Of a DNA stretch of 42,131 nucleotides, positions 25,458 to 38,078 are shown piece by piece. The translations under genes were made by a program, and so were the position numbers. The notes beneath the pieces are model-generated. The model did no database searches. It was not told where the DNA came from and saw nothing but the letters and a program-made list of their open reading frames with translations. Positions within the stretch are counted from its first letter, which is position 1, and every line of letters starts with the position of its first letter. Source of the DNA: Actinomycetota bacterium (GTDB lineage Bacteria > Actinomycetota > UBA4738 > HRBIN12); contig JBKPDU010000029.1 in assembly GCA_046728055.1 (NCBI GenBank), forward strand, positions 1 through 42,131, read 5' to 3'.

Positions 25458-25814
25458 TCACCGGCCCTCGCCCCGTTGCTTGCACTCGATGCACAGGATG
25501 GCCCACGGGAGCGCTTCCAGGCGCTCGATCGAGATCGGCTTGCCGCACGACTCGCACGTCCCGTAGGTCCCGAGTTCCATCTTGGTCACGGCGCGGTTCA
25601 CATCGCGCAGGTTGGAGCGCAGCGCCTTCATCACCGAGAACAGTCGGGCGCGTTCCGCCGTGCTGTGCGCGCTGTCGGCAAACCCTCGCTCCATATCGAT
25701 CTCGACCGCGTCGGAGTCGGGATCGCCGCCCAACTCGACGATCTCCTTCCGCAGGTTGTCGCGGTGCTCGTCCAGGACTGCTCGGAGCTCCACCAACTTC
25801 GTCTCGTCGATCAT
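25458..25814 (-). CDS. TraR/DksA C4-type zinc finger protein
   Basis: Coiled-coil followed by YGTCESCG..I..ERLEALPWA..CIEC. Confidence 0.88.
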   Translation of the reverse strand: MIDETKLVELRAVLDEHRDNLRKEIVELGGDPDSDAVEIDMERGFADSAHSTAERARLFSVMKALRSNLRDVNRAVTKMELGTYGTCESCGKPISIERLEALPWAILCIECKQRGEGR

Positions 25815-26755
25815 GCGCTGTCCCTCCCCACGACTCTCCGAGCCCGAGGATGTGCGGTGAAGTACACCTCGCGGAGATGCTCCCTGGTGACCAGCGTGTA
25901 GATCTGCGTCGTGGCCACGCTCGCGTGCCCCAGGAGCTCCTGGACCACTCGGACGTCGGCCCCACCCTCCAGCAGATGCGTGGCGAAGGAGTGGCGGAGT
26001 GTGTGCGGCGTCACCCGCTTGCCGATGCCGGCCCTCCGTACGTGGGAAGCCAGGATCTTGGCGCAGCCCTGCCGGGACAGGCGCCCACCCCGCTGGTTCA
26101 AGAACAGGGCCGACCGCGAGCGGCTCGTAGCCAGGGACGGTCGGCCCCGGGTGAGATATGCGTCCAGTGCCGCTCGCGCGTATCGCCCGAGCGGCACGTC
26201 GCGCTCCTTGCTCCCCTTGCCCAACACCCGGACGCTCCCCTCCTCCAACTCCAGGTCGTCGACGTCGAGGCCGACCAACTCGCTCACTCGAAGGCCGGCC
26301 CCGTACAGGGTTTCGAGCACAGCCCGATCCCGAAGGCCGGCGGGCGTCCCATCCTGGGGCGACGCCAGGAGCCGTTGGACGTCCTCGATCGACAGGGGGC
26401 GAGGAAGCGACCGAGGAAGCTTGGGCCGAACGACCGCCGCGGAGGGGTCCCGGTCGGCGCGCCCCTCCCGCATGAGGAATCGGTGGAACGATCGCACCGA
26501 TGAGAGCGCACGGACCACCGAGGTGGCCCGGTAGGGCATCCCGTCGTGGTGGGTCGAGGAGGACAGCCGGGCGATGAACCCGGACACGGCCGCGTCGTCC
26601 GCGGCCCTCGCGTCGCGCACCCCGCGCGACGCGAGGAACGATGCGTAGCGCGACAGGTCTCGCCGATAGGCCGCAACGGTGTTGCCGGACAGCCCCCGTT
26701 CCACCGAGAGGTGGTCCAGGAACCGCTCCATCTGGGTCGACACGGCCTGCCCCAC
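25811..26755 (-). CDS. xerD: Site-specific tyrosine recombinase XerD
   Basis: ERGLSGNTVAAYRRDL, LYGAGLRVSE, GKGSKER, HTLRHSFATH, LLGHASVATTQIY; GGAGG SD before GTG 26755; typical nudix-ald-xerD context. Confidence 0.92.
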   Translation of the reverse strand: MGQAVSTQMERFLDHLSVERGLSGNTVAAYRRDLSRYASFLASRGVRDARAADDAAVSGFIARLSSSTHHDGMPYRATSVVRALSSVRSFHRFLMREGRADRDPSAAVVRPKLPRSLPRPLSIEDVQRLLASPQDGTPAGLRDRAVLETLYGAGLRVSELVGLDVDDLELEEGSVRVLGKGSKERDVPLGRYARAALDAYLTRGRPSLATSRSRSALFLNQRGGRLSRQGCAKILASHVRRAGIGKRVTPHTLRHSFATHLLEGGADVRVVQELLGHASVATTQIYTLVTREHLREVYFTAHPRARRVVGRDSA

Positions 26756-26777
26756 TGGCTTTCCTCCGCGAGCCGCC

Positions 26778-27902
26778 CTAGGACACGCCGTCGACGAGGC
26801 TGCCCAGCGGAACGAATGCGAGGTCGTGAGCGTCCGCCACACCCTGGTTCGTCACCTGCCCCGCGTACACGTTCACGCCGTGGGCAAGGGCGCGATCGCG
26901 GCGGACGGCCTCTTCCAGGCCCTGCGCGGCGATCTCGAGCGCGTATTGGAGCGTGACGTTCGTGAGTGCATACGTGGAGGTGCGTGGAACCGCGCCCGGC
27001 ATGTTCCCCACGCAGTAGTGAACCACATCGTGCACCACGTACACGGGATCGGAATGTGTGGTCATGTGGGCCGTCTCGACGCAGCCGCCCTGGTCGATCG
27101 AGATGTCCACGATGACGGCGCCCGGCCGCATCGTCCGCACCATGTCCTCGGTGACGAGCTTGGGAGCCCGGGCCCCTGGTACCAGCACCGCGCCGATCAC
27201 CAGGTCGGCCTCCGGCACGAGTTGCTCGATCGCCAGCACGCTGCTCATCACGGTCTGGATCCGGCCTCGTTGGATCTGATCGACGAATCGGAGACGGTCG
27301 ACGTTCTTGTCCAGGACGACCACCTCCGCCTCCATGCCCGCCGCGATCCACGCGGCGTTCAGCCCGGCCATCCCTGCGCCGAGCACCAGCACGCGCGCCG
27401 GGGCCACCCCCGACGCACCGCCCATCAGTACTCCCCGGCCCCCGTACGGCCGCTCGAGGAAGTTCGCCCCCACGTGCGGGGCCATCCGCCCGGCGATCTC
27501 GCTCATCGGCGCGAGCAGTGGGAGGCGGCCGTCCTCCTGCTGGACCGTCTCGTAAGCCACGGACGCCACCTTCCGTTCGATCAGGAACTCGGTCAGGCGC
27601 TTGTCCGCAGCGAGGTGCAGGTAGGTGAACAGGACCTGGCCCTCCCGAAATCGCTCGTACTCCTCCGGCTGGGGCTCCTTCACCTTCAGGATCATGTCCG
27701 AGGTGTCGAAGACCGCGCCGGCGTCGGGCAGGATCTCCGCCCCGGCCGCCGCGAACAGCTCGTCGGCGAGGGCCGAGCCCATGCCGGCGCCCGCCTCCAG
27801 GACCACCTCATGGCCCGCTCTGGCGAGCTCGCGGACCCCCTCGGGCGTGGCCGCCACCCGGAACTCGTTGTCCTTGACCTCTCTCGGGATCCCGACGATC
27901 AC
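26778..27902 (-). CDS. ald: Alanine dehydrogenase
   Basis: GIPREVKDNEFRVA, FTYLHLAA, PLLAPMSEIAGR, DISIDQGGC, YCVGNMPGAVPRTST. Confidence 0.96.
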   Translation of the reverse strand: MIVGIPREVKDNEFRVAATPEGVRELARAGHEVVLEAGAGMGSALADELFAAAGAEILPDAGAVFDTSDMILKVKEPQPEEYERFREGQVLFTYLHLAADKRLTEFLIERKVASVAYETVQQEDGRLPLLAPMSEIAGRMAPHVGANFLERPYGGRGVLMGGASGVAPARVLVLGAGMAGLNAAWIAAGMEAEVVVLDKNVDRLRFVDQIQRGRIQTVMSSVLAIEQLVPEADLVIGAVLVPGARAPKLVTEDMVRTMRPGAVIVDISIDQGGCVETAHMTTHSDPVYVVHDVVHYCVGNMPGAVPRTSTYALTNVTLQYALEIAAQGLEEAVRRDRALAHGVNVYAGQVTNQGVADAHDLAFVPLGSLVDGVS

Positions 27903-27962
27903 GTTCGGCTCCCTCTCCTGGCCAGGATGCGACAGAAGCGTACCCGACCTCGCCGGGCGGCC

Positions 27963-28487
27963 TCAGGATGCCGAGCTCACTCCGGTGGACGGCCACGCCG
28001 CGGCCAGCAGCAGCGCCACCGCGGTCTTCGCATCGCGCACCCTGCCGGCGCGCGCCGCGGCGACCATCTCGTCGAACGGTCGGTGCAGCACCTCGATCCC
28101 GTCTTCGGGCGACCCCTCCGGTTGGGCACCGGTCGAAGCCACGAACAGGTGGATGTACTCATCGGCGAACCCCGCAGAGGTGTAGATCCCCCCGAGGAAC
28201 TCGAGGGATCGGTGTTGGTATCCAGTTTCCTCGAACAGCTCGCGCGCCGCACAGGCGAGCGGGTCCTCCTCGTCCTGGTCGAGGAGGCCGGCCGGGATCT
28301 CGACGAGCGTTCGGCGGATGGCCGGTCGGAACTGCCGCACCAACAGGACGTCACCCTCCGGGGTCACCGGCAGGACCGCCACCGCTCCCGGGTGGCGGAC
28401 CACCTCGAAGTCGTGGCCGTCCCAGGACTCGACTTCGACGCGGATCAGCCGGCCGGCGAAGGCTTCCCTCGACGATCGGAGGTCCAC
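27963..28487 (-). CDS. NUDIX hydrolase (ADP-ribose pyrophosphatase-like)
   Basis: VVRHPGAVAV, RQFR, EIPAG...AARELFEETG Nudix box, DAKT. Confidence 0.9.
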   Translation of the reverse strand: MDLRSSREAFAGRLIRVEVESWDGHDFEVVRHPGAVAVLPVTPEGDVLLVRQFRPAIRRTLVEIPAGLLDQDEEDPLACAARELFEETGYQHRSLEFLGGIYTSAGFADEYIHLFVASTGAQPEGSPEDGIEVLHRPFDEMVAAARAGRVRDAKTAVALLLAAAWPSTGVSSAS

Positions 28488-28496
28488 GGAGTGACG

Positions 28497-31631
<3,135 letters not shown>

Positions 31632-31635
<4 letters not shown>

Positions 31636-32591
31636 GTGAGGGACGGGAGGGGGGCAGTCGCTCCGGCCTTGATCCCGTAGTTGCCTCCCTGTCCCAGGAA
31701 CAGGAGCCGCTCCAGCCCCAGGACGAGCGCCGCTCCGCCCACCGAGAGATCGAGGTCGTCCACGGTCACCATCGGTGTGCGGTCCGGTGAACCGTCGGCG
31801 GCGGCACCCTCGGCTCGAAGGGCCGGAATGAACGGATAGTCGGTGGACGCGCTCTCACCCGCACCGACGGTCGCACCGCGCTGGACGAGCCCCTCGACGA
31901 GCGGCACGAAGAAGAGCTCAGGATCCACGCGGGGCTCCCCCTGCCCACCGGACAGGACGATCGTCAGCTGGCCCTTGCCCCCGATCCCCGGAAGGTCCCC
32001 CCGCGAGATCGAGGGGGAACCCGACGAGGTGGTCAGGAAGTTCGCGGTCAGGAAGTCGTCGAGGATGTCGGAGCCGCTCGCCGAGACCGCGCGTCGGGAC
32101 CCGCCGACGGCCAGCCGCTGGGCGAGCACCTCTGCCGCTCGTACCTGGAGCGTCGGCGTCTCGGTGTCGCTGGCCATCTCCAGGAGCTGGGCCAGCGCCT
32201 CCCGTGATGGTTCGTCCGGGTCGGCCATCCGGTCGGTGATCGACAACTCGGCCACGACCTGGACGCCAGCTTCAGACAGGGACTGCCGGGCCTGGGACAA
32301 CAGGCCGGGGTCCACGTCCTCGTGCGTGACGACCACCACCGACCGGCCGCTCAAGGTGCCTGGGTCGAGCGAAGGCAGGATGTCGCCCGCCTCCTGGAGG
32401 TCTTCGACCTGCGCCTTGAGATCGCTGACCTCCGCCCTGGTGTCCGAGAGGTCCTGGGTGAGTTGATTGGCCTGGTTCTCGAGTTCCTCGATCAGCGCGG
32501 GCTGGACGACCGACGACCCGAACAACAGGCCGAGCCCCACGGCCAGGAAGATCGCGACGATCGTGAAGATGTGGTAGCGGAACGAGATCAA
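31632..32591 (-). CDS. steB: SteB / MctB-like (DUF3186, 'copper transporter') protein
   Basis: ISFRYHIFTIVAIFLAVGLGLLFG TM segment, coiled coil, TVDD, NYGIK; TTGA overlap with the steA stop. Confidence 0.85.
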
Positions 32592-33838
32592 ATCAGCTCC
32601 TTCAGGTGGAACAGCCACTGACGGAACCGTTCGAACAGGAGCGACACGTAGGTGCTCAGGGCCGGGGAGATGGCGATGATCAGGATCATCACCACGATCG
32701 CCGCGCCGACCAGGAACACCGTGTCCCGCGTCCGGACCCTCGGCGTGTAGACGCGGGAAACGCCCTTGGCGTCCATCAGCGTCTCTCCCACTCGCAGGCG
32801 GACCAGGAACGTGCTGGCCATGCCCATCCGGCCCTTGTCCAGAAACTCGCGGAGGTTCCCGTGGCTTCCCACCGTGACGATGAGGTCGGCCCCCTTCTCG
32901 TGGGAGAGGAGCAGGGCCACGTCCTCGCTCGTCCCCGCCGCGCGCACGATCGTGTACGGGACGCCCAGCTCCTCCAGCCTGGCCTGCCCGGGAGCGAATC
33001 CGTTCCGGTAGGCGTGGAGGACGATCTCCGTCGCCTGCTTGCGCCGCAGGCGCTTCGGTCGGGACAGGGCGAGCCGCAGCGCGGAGTCGGAAACGCTGTC
33101 CATGTCCCCGACGATGAGGTCGGGCCCGTACCCTGCCTCGATGAGCGCATCGGCGCCCCCGTCGACGCCGACCAGGACCGGCCGCACGTCGCGGATGTAC
33201 GAGCCCAAAGCCGCCAGGTCCTCCTTGTACTGGTAGCCACGGACGACCACCAGGACGGGCCTGCCGGCCAACTCGTGCGCGAGCGTGGGGAGCCCCGACC
33301 CCCCGAACAGGAGGTCGCGCTCGCGCTGCATGAAGTCCACGGTGTTGCGGGCAAAGCTCTCGAAGTGGTCGGCCAGCGCGGAGCGGGCCTCCTCCATGGC
33401 CCGGTGGACCGAAGCATCGTCCTGCCGGACGCCCACCGCGAGCAGCCGGTCGCCCGACAGGACACGGTCGCCATCGACAGTGATCAGGTCACCCTCCCGT
33501 ACCTTGCGCAGTAACAACGGGCCGACGCCGTCGACGAGGGGGACACCGGCGTCGAGCAGGATGAGCGGGCCGAGGTTCGGGTACCGACCGGTGATCGAGC
33601 GTCCCGAGTTCACCACGGCGACCACACCCGCCCCCACCAGCCCCTCGGCAGAGACCCTGTCCAGGTCCTCGTGATCGATCACGGCGACATCACCGGGCTG
33701 CAGCCGGCCGATCAGGCGCTTCGTCCGCGCATCCAGCCGGGCCACGCCGTGGTGTGGCCCTTCCTTCCGCTGAGGCCGCCGAAGCAGGCTCCTGGCCCTC
33801 GATGTGGACGTGTCGATCGCCTCCCAAGGCGCGACCAC
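32588..33838 (-). CDS. steA: Putative cytokinetic ring protein SteA (thiamine pyrophosphokinase-like domain)
   Basis: RTKRL..RL.PGDVAVIDHEDLD, SITGRYPNLGP, VVRG, GVDGGADAL, GDMDSVSD, GTSED, EFLDKGR.GMASTFLVRL; start approximate. Confidence 0.88.
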   Translation of the reverse strand: MVAPWEAIDTSTSRARSLLRRPQRKEGPHHGVARLDARTKRLIGRLQPGDVAVIDHEDLDRVSAEGLVGAGVVAVVNSGRSITGRYPNLGPLILLDAGVPLVDGVGPLLLRKVREGDLITVDGDRVLSGDRLLAVGVRQDDASVHRAMEEARSALADHFESFARNTVDFMQRERDLLFGGSGLPTLAHELAGRPVLVVVRGYQYKEDLAALGSYIRDVRPVLVGVDGGADALIEAGYGPDLIVGDMDSVSDSALRLALSRPKRLRRKQATEIVLHAYRNGFAPGQARLEELGVPYTIVRAAGTSEDVALLLSHEKGADLIVTVGSHGNLREFLDKGRMGMASTFLVRLRVGETLMDAKGVSRVYTPRVRTRDTVFLVGAAIVVMILIIAISPALSTYVSLLFERFRQWLFHLKELI

Positions 33839-33915
33839 AGTCGGTCGGCGCCGAATCGGATCGGCTGGACAAGCGTATCTGAACCTGGCCTCGCGCTGGG
33901 CGCCGGCTCGGCCGG

Positions 33916-34755
33916 TCAGCGCTCCCCGCCGGGGAGATCGAACTTCTCCCGCACCAGGGCGTGGAACGCCGGTGCGTCGTCTCGTCGGACCAGGCGGGCC
34001 GGATTGGGGGCCGCCCCGATCCGAACGCGCGATCCGATCGGAAGCTCGAGGCTCTCCCGCCCGTCGGCCGAGATCAGCCCGGGCTCGTCCCCCACGACCT
34101 CCAGGTTCACCGTGTCGCCGGCGCCGATCACCAGGGTCCGGTCGAACACCATGTGGGGCGCCACCGGCGTGACCAGCAGACACGGGATCGCCGGGGTCAC
34201 GATGGGACCCCCCGCCGAGAACGAATACGCCGTGGATCCGGTGGGTGTGGCGATGATGACGCCGTCGGCCGACAACGTGGTCACGTAGACGTCCCCCACG
34301 TACAGGGCCAGGCGGACCAGGCGATGGCGGGCTCGCTTCTCCACGATGACCTCGTTCAGGGCCCACTGGGGGACGAACCCATCGCCTTCCGGACCCGCCA
34401 GAACGGCCAGCCGCTCCTCGATCCTGGCTTCGCCCCTCGCGACGAGCTCCAGGAGGGAAGGCGCCTCCTCCGGCTCCACCTCGGTCAGGAATCCCATCCG
34501 GCCCACCTTCACCCCGAGGACGGGGCACGCCACCGCCGAAGCCACGTGGGCCGCCCGCAGGAACGTCCCATCACCCCCCACCGACAGGATCAGGTCGAGG
34601 CCGCCCGCGAACTCGCCGGCCATCCGATCGTCGCCGTTCTCCGGATCGAACCACCGGACCTGGATGTCGCGGTCCTCGAACCACTGCGACAGTCGCTTGG
34701 CCGCCGCCATCGCCGTTTCCCGGGCAGGGTGCACCACGAACCCGGCCGCTCTCAC
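33916..34755 (-). CDS. nadK: NAD(+) kinase
   Basis: GGDGTFL, GRMGFL, ALNE, DGVIIATPTGSTAYSFSAGGP. Confidence 0.95.
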   Translation of the reverse strand: MRAAGFVVHPARETAMAAAKRLSQWFEDRDIQVRWFDPENGDDRMAGEFAGGLDLILSVGGDGTFLRAAHVASAVACPVLGVKVGRMGFLTEVEPEEAPSLLELVARGEARIEERLAVLAGPEGDGFVPQWALNEVIVEKRARHRLVRLALYVGDVYVTTLSADGVIIATPTGSTAYSFSAGGPIVTPAIPCLLVTPVAPHMVFDRTLVIGAGDTVNLEVVGDEPGLISADGRESLELPIGSRVRIGAAPNPARLVRRDDAPAFHALVREKFDLPGGER

Positions 34756-35555
34756 GATCCGCCTCCGAGACGCTCACCCTCGACGATCGCGCCGGTGAGA
34801 TCGGGCGGCGACTGCGCGAGACCGCCCTTGACGGCGTGGATGAAGAACTCGACGTTGCCGGCGGGTCCCAGGAGGGGAGACGCCATCGCCTCGACGGGCG
34901 TGGCTCCGCTCGCCTCGCAGGCCGCAGCGACCTGCTCCAGGGTCCGCCGCCACACGCTGGGGTCGCGAACAACGCCGTTCGCACCAACGTCCTTGGGGCC
35001 CGCCTCGAACTGCGGCTTCACCAACAGGACGAGGTCCGCTCCGTTCATCGCCACCGCGGTCAGCGCCGGCAGGACCAGGCGGAGCGAGATGAACGACAGA
35101 TCCGCCACGACCACCTCGGACACGAACGGGAGATCCGCCGCAACGAGGTCGCGCACGTTCGTGCGCTCGAGGAGTGTCACCCGGGGGTCCCGGCGAAGCT
35201 CCCACGCCAGCTGGCCGTACCCCACGTCCACGGCCACGACCCGGGCCGCCCCTCGCTGGAGCAGGCAATCGGAGAACCCGCCGGCGGACGCCCCGGCGTC
35301 GAGCGCATCGCGGCCCTCAACGGCCACCGCGAAGCGCTCGAGCGCCGCGTCGAGCTTGTCACCGCCACGGGACACGAACCTGCGTGGTGGCCCGGCGAGC
35401 CGAACGGCCTCGTCCGCCCGTACGAGCGTCGACGGCTTGCTCGCGGGCCGGCCCCGGACCACGACCAACCCGTTTCGAACGGCGTCCTGCGCCTCGGCGC
35501 GGGTACGGGCCAGGCCCCGCCGGACGAGCTCGGCATCAAGCCGCCGGCGGGTCAC
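34752..35555 (-). CDS. tlyA: TlyA family rRNA (cytidine-2'-O)-methyltransferase
   Basis: S4 domain RRLDAELVRRGLA, FVSRGGDKL, DAGAS.GGF, DVGYGQL, DLSFISL, LVKPQFE, GNVEF. Confidence 0.95.
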   Translation of the reverse strand: MTRRRLDAELVRRGLARTRAEAQDAVRNGLVVVRGRPASKPSTLVRADEAVRLAGPPRRFVSRGGDKLDAALERFAVAVEGRDALDAGASAGGFSDCLLQRGAARVVAVDVGYGQLAWELRRDPRVTLLERTNVRDLVAADLPFVSEVVVADLSFISLRLVLPALTAVAMNGADLVLLVKPQFEAGPKDVGANGVVRDPSVWRRTLEQVAAACEASGATPVEAMASPLLGPAGNVEFFIHAVKGGLAQSPPDLTGAIVEGERLGGGS

Positions 35556-35566
35556 GCTGGCCTGGC

Positions 35567-35947
35567 TCAGGCCGTGTCCGAACCGGCCGTGTCGCTCTTC
35601 GCTGCCGACGTGGGCTTCTTGGCCCGTGAGCGGGCAGCGGTCGGCTTCTTGGCCGTGGTTGCGCGCCCTCCCACCTGACGCTCCAATTCGCGCACCCGCC
35701 GTTTCAACGCGTCGACCTCGTCGCGACTGGCGACTCCCAGGGACTTCAGCTGGGACCTCACCTCACGCTGCACCGCATCGGCGAGGCGGTGGCGATTCTT
35801 GTTCGACCAGTCGATGAGGTCCCGGGCTACCTTCTGGACCTGCTCGCTCTGGCCCTGCATGAGTGAACGGGCCATCTCCTGGGCCCGTGCCGGCGAGAGC
35901 TTCTGCATGGCAGCCTCCACGTTCTTTCGCCCATCTCCCCTGGCCAT
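35567..35947 (-). CDS. Hypothetical phasin-like protein with Lys/Ala-rich tail
   Basis: Helical, LGVASRDEVDALKRRVRELE motif, AKKP repeats; GGAGG SD 6 nt before ATG 35947. Confidence 0.6.
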   Translation of the reverse strand: MARGDGRKNVEAAMQKLSPARAQEMARSLMQGQSEQVQKVARDLIDWSNKNRHRLADAVQREVRSQLKSLGVASRDEVDALKRRVRELERQVGGRATTAKKPTAARSRAKKPTSAAKSDTAGSDTA

Positions 35948-36073
35948 GTTCATCCTCCGTGAGCCGAAGTCAACCGTGGCCACTAAGGATACCCCTCGCC
36001 ACCTGCGGCTCCTTGCCTGCTAGGCTCGCGCCCGTGAGGGCCGCAGGCTCGTGAGGGCCGGGGACAGGCGGGC

Positions 36074-36898
36074 ATGATCCCCATCCGCGATGCGAACCCG
36101 ACGACCCGCAGAGCTTGGATCACGCTCGGGTTGATCGCCGTGAACGTCGTCATCTTCCTGTTGTGGCAGCCCACGCTGGGCGCGAACAGCGACCGGCGAA
36201 CGTTCTTCTTCTTCTACTGCCAGGCCCTCGTGCCGTGGGAGGTCACGCACCAGACCAACCTGGCCCAGGGAGGGGCGGAGGCCCGGAAGGCCATCCAGGC
36301 CGACCTGGGGCCAGACCTCGGTCCGGGCGTCGGCGGCCAGCTCCAACAGGTGCTCCAGCAGCGGTGCCCGGACAAGAACGTGAACCTGTCGGTCCTGGTG
36401 TCGATGTTCCTGCACGGCGGGTGGCTCCACATCGGGGGCAACATGCTGTACCTGTGGATCTTCGGCAACAACGTCGAGGACCGGCTGAAGAGGCTCCTAT
36501 TCATCGCGTTCTACCTCCTGGGAGGTCTGGCCGCGACCGCGCTCCAGCTGGCGTTCGGGCCGGACTCGGCCGTCCCCAACGTCGGCGCCTCGGGGGCCAT
36601 CGCGGCGATCCTCGGCGCATACCTCGTTCTGTTCCCCCATGCGCGGGTGTACACCATCGTCTTCTTCTTCTTCATCACGGCCGTCGAGCTTCCGGCTGTC
36701 ATCGTGCTGGGACTATGGTTCGTGTTGCAGCTGTTCAGCGGCGTGGGGGGCCTCGGCGCCGATGTGAGCAGCGGCGTGGCCTACTGGGCGCACGTCGGGG
36801 GCTTCGCCTTCGGCGCCGCCGTCACGTGGCTGTTCTTCCGGGGACGGGGCGATCGGCAGGTCCGGCAAGCCTCCCCGCCCCGGCCGGATTTCTTCTAG
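36074..36898 (+). CDS. Rhomboid family intramembrane serine protease
   Basis: MIPIRD, SMFLHGGWLHIGGNMLYLWIFGNNVED, GASGAI, AYWAHVGGF. Confidence 0.93.
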   Translation: MIPIRDANPTTRRAWITLGLIAVNVVIFLLWQPTLGANSDRRTFFFFYCQALVPWEVTHQTNLAQGGAEARKAIQADLGPDLGPGVGGQLQQVLQQRCPDKNVNLSVLVSMFLHGGWLHIGGNMLYLWIFGNNVEDRLKRLLFIAFYLLGGLAATALQLAFGPDSAVPNVGASGAIAAILGAYLVLFPHARVYTIVFFFFITAVELPAVIVLGLWFVLQLFSGVGGLGADVSSGVAYWAHVGGFAFGAAVTWLFFRGRGDRQVRQASPPRPDFF

Positions 36899-37695
36899 CG
36901 GCTGCCCGCCCGGAGCGCGTCGTCGAGCAGCAAGGCCCGCACGTCGGGCGCCACGTACGTCGGGCGGCAGGGCGAGCCGGTCAGCTCGTCGGCCGAGGAC
37001 ACCCCGCTCAGAACGAGCAGCGAATCCCACCCGAGAGCGGCCGCTCCGGCGATGTCGGTGTCCAGCCGGTCCCCGATCACGAGCGGGTTCACCCCGCCCG
37101 CTCGGCGGAGAGCGGCGTGGAACAGAGGGGCATGCGGCTTGCCCACCACCTCCGCGTCGACCCCGGTGACCGCGGTGATCGCCGCAACCAGGGCGCCGGC
37201 GCCCGGCCACAGCTGGCCGCCCGTCCCGGGGAACGTGGGGTCCGCGTTCGTGGCCACGAACGTGGCGCCCCGATGCACCTGGAGGCACGCGGTCCGCAAC
37301 CGCGCGTACGTGAGATCCTCATCGATCCCCACCACGACCAGGTCGACCGGCTCTGCATCGCCATCGACCAGCCGCAGGCCGGCGTCCGAGAGCGCGCCGA
37401 CGACGCCGTCACCGCCCATGACGAACGCCGTCCCGCCGCCTCGCCCGGCGAGCAGGTCTGCGGTGGCGGTGGCCGACGTGACGATCTCGGTGGGGGTCGA
37501 GGAGATCCCCATGTCGCCGAGCTTGGCGCTGACCTGTTCGGGCGTCCGCGAGGAGTTGTTCGTCAGGAACCCGACGTTCGCCCCTGCCTCCCGTAGGGCG
37601 GCCATGGTCTCCGGTGCGCCCGGGACGGGCTCGGCTCCCCGGTACAGGACGCCGTCGAGATCGAACAGAAGGGCGTCGTATCGAGCTGCCAGCAT
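36895..37695 (-). CDS. HAD-IIA family hydrolase (NagD-like)
   Basis: FDLDGVLY, TNNSSR, ATNAD, GKP, IGDRLDTDI. Confidence 0.92.
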   Translation of the reverse strand: MLAARYDALLFDLDGVLYRGAEPVPGAPETMAALREAGANVGFLTNNSSRTPEQVSAKLGDMGISSTPTEIVTSATATADLLAGRGGGTAFVMGGDGVVGALSDAGLRLVDGDAEPVDLVVVGIDEDLTYARLRTACLQVHRGATFVATNADPTFPGTGGQLWPGAGALVAAITAVTGVDAEVVGKPHAPLFHAALRRAGGVNPLVIGDRLDTDIAGAAALGWDSLLVLSGVSSADELTGSPCRPTYVAPDVRALLLDDALRAGSR

Positions 37696-38069
37696 CAGCC
37701 GGCGAGCCGGCGGAGGGCCCGCTCGTAGTCCTCGACCCCCGGATGCATGGCGATGGCCAGCTTGACGTGGCCCAGGGCTCGGGCGCGCTCGCCCGTGCGC
37801 TCGCACGCGAGGGCCAGTGCGAAGTGGGCCCAGTCGTCCGAGGGATTGATGTCGACGACCTTGGCGAACTCGCGGCGGGCCCGGGCCATCCGCCCGGTCA
37901 TGAACAGTGCCCGGCCGAGGGCCGAGCGGATCGACCCCTTGTCCGGCTCGATCAGCTTGGCCATGGACAGCACCATCACCGCCTGATGGGGATGGCCCTC
38001 GTCGAGGAACCGCACGCCCTTTGAGAAGAGGTCGTACGCACTCTCCCGCTGAAGCCGTTTGCTATACAC
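37695..38069 (-). CDS. Tetratricopeptide repeat protein
   Basis: TPR-like helices (LGRALF...A..EF...V.INPSDDWAHFALAL); TGATG overlap with the HAD gene; start uncertain. Confidence 0.8.
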   Translation of the reverse strand: MYSKRLQRESAYDLFSKGVRFLDEGHPHQAVMVLSMAKLIEPDKGSIRSALGRALFMTGRMARARREFAKVVDINPSDDWAHFALALACERTGERARALGHVKLAIAMHPGVEDYERALRRLAG

Positions 38070-38078
38070 AGTGTCACC

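Noticed and set aside
24206-26503. 765-aa plus-strand ORF
   Set aside because: Antisense shadow of deoB, the dksA-like gene and xerD.
25811-26755. Tyrosine recombinase as a phage or island integrase
   Set aside because: Sequence and conserved neighbourhood fit housekeeping XerD; no att repeats or cargo genes.
33961-35817. 618-aa plus-strand ORF
   Set aside because: Antisense to nadK and tlyA.
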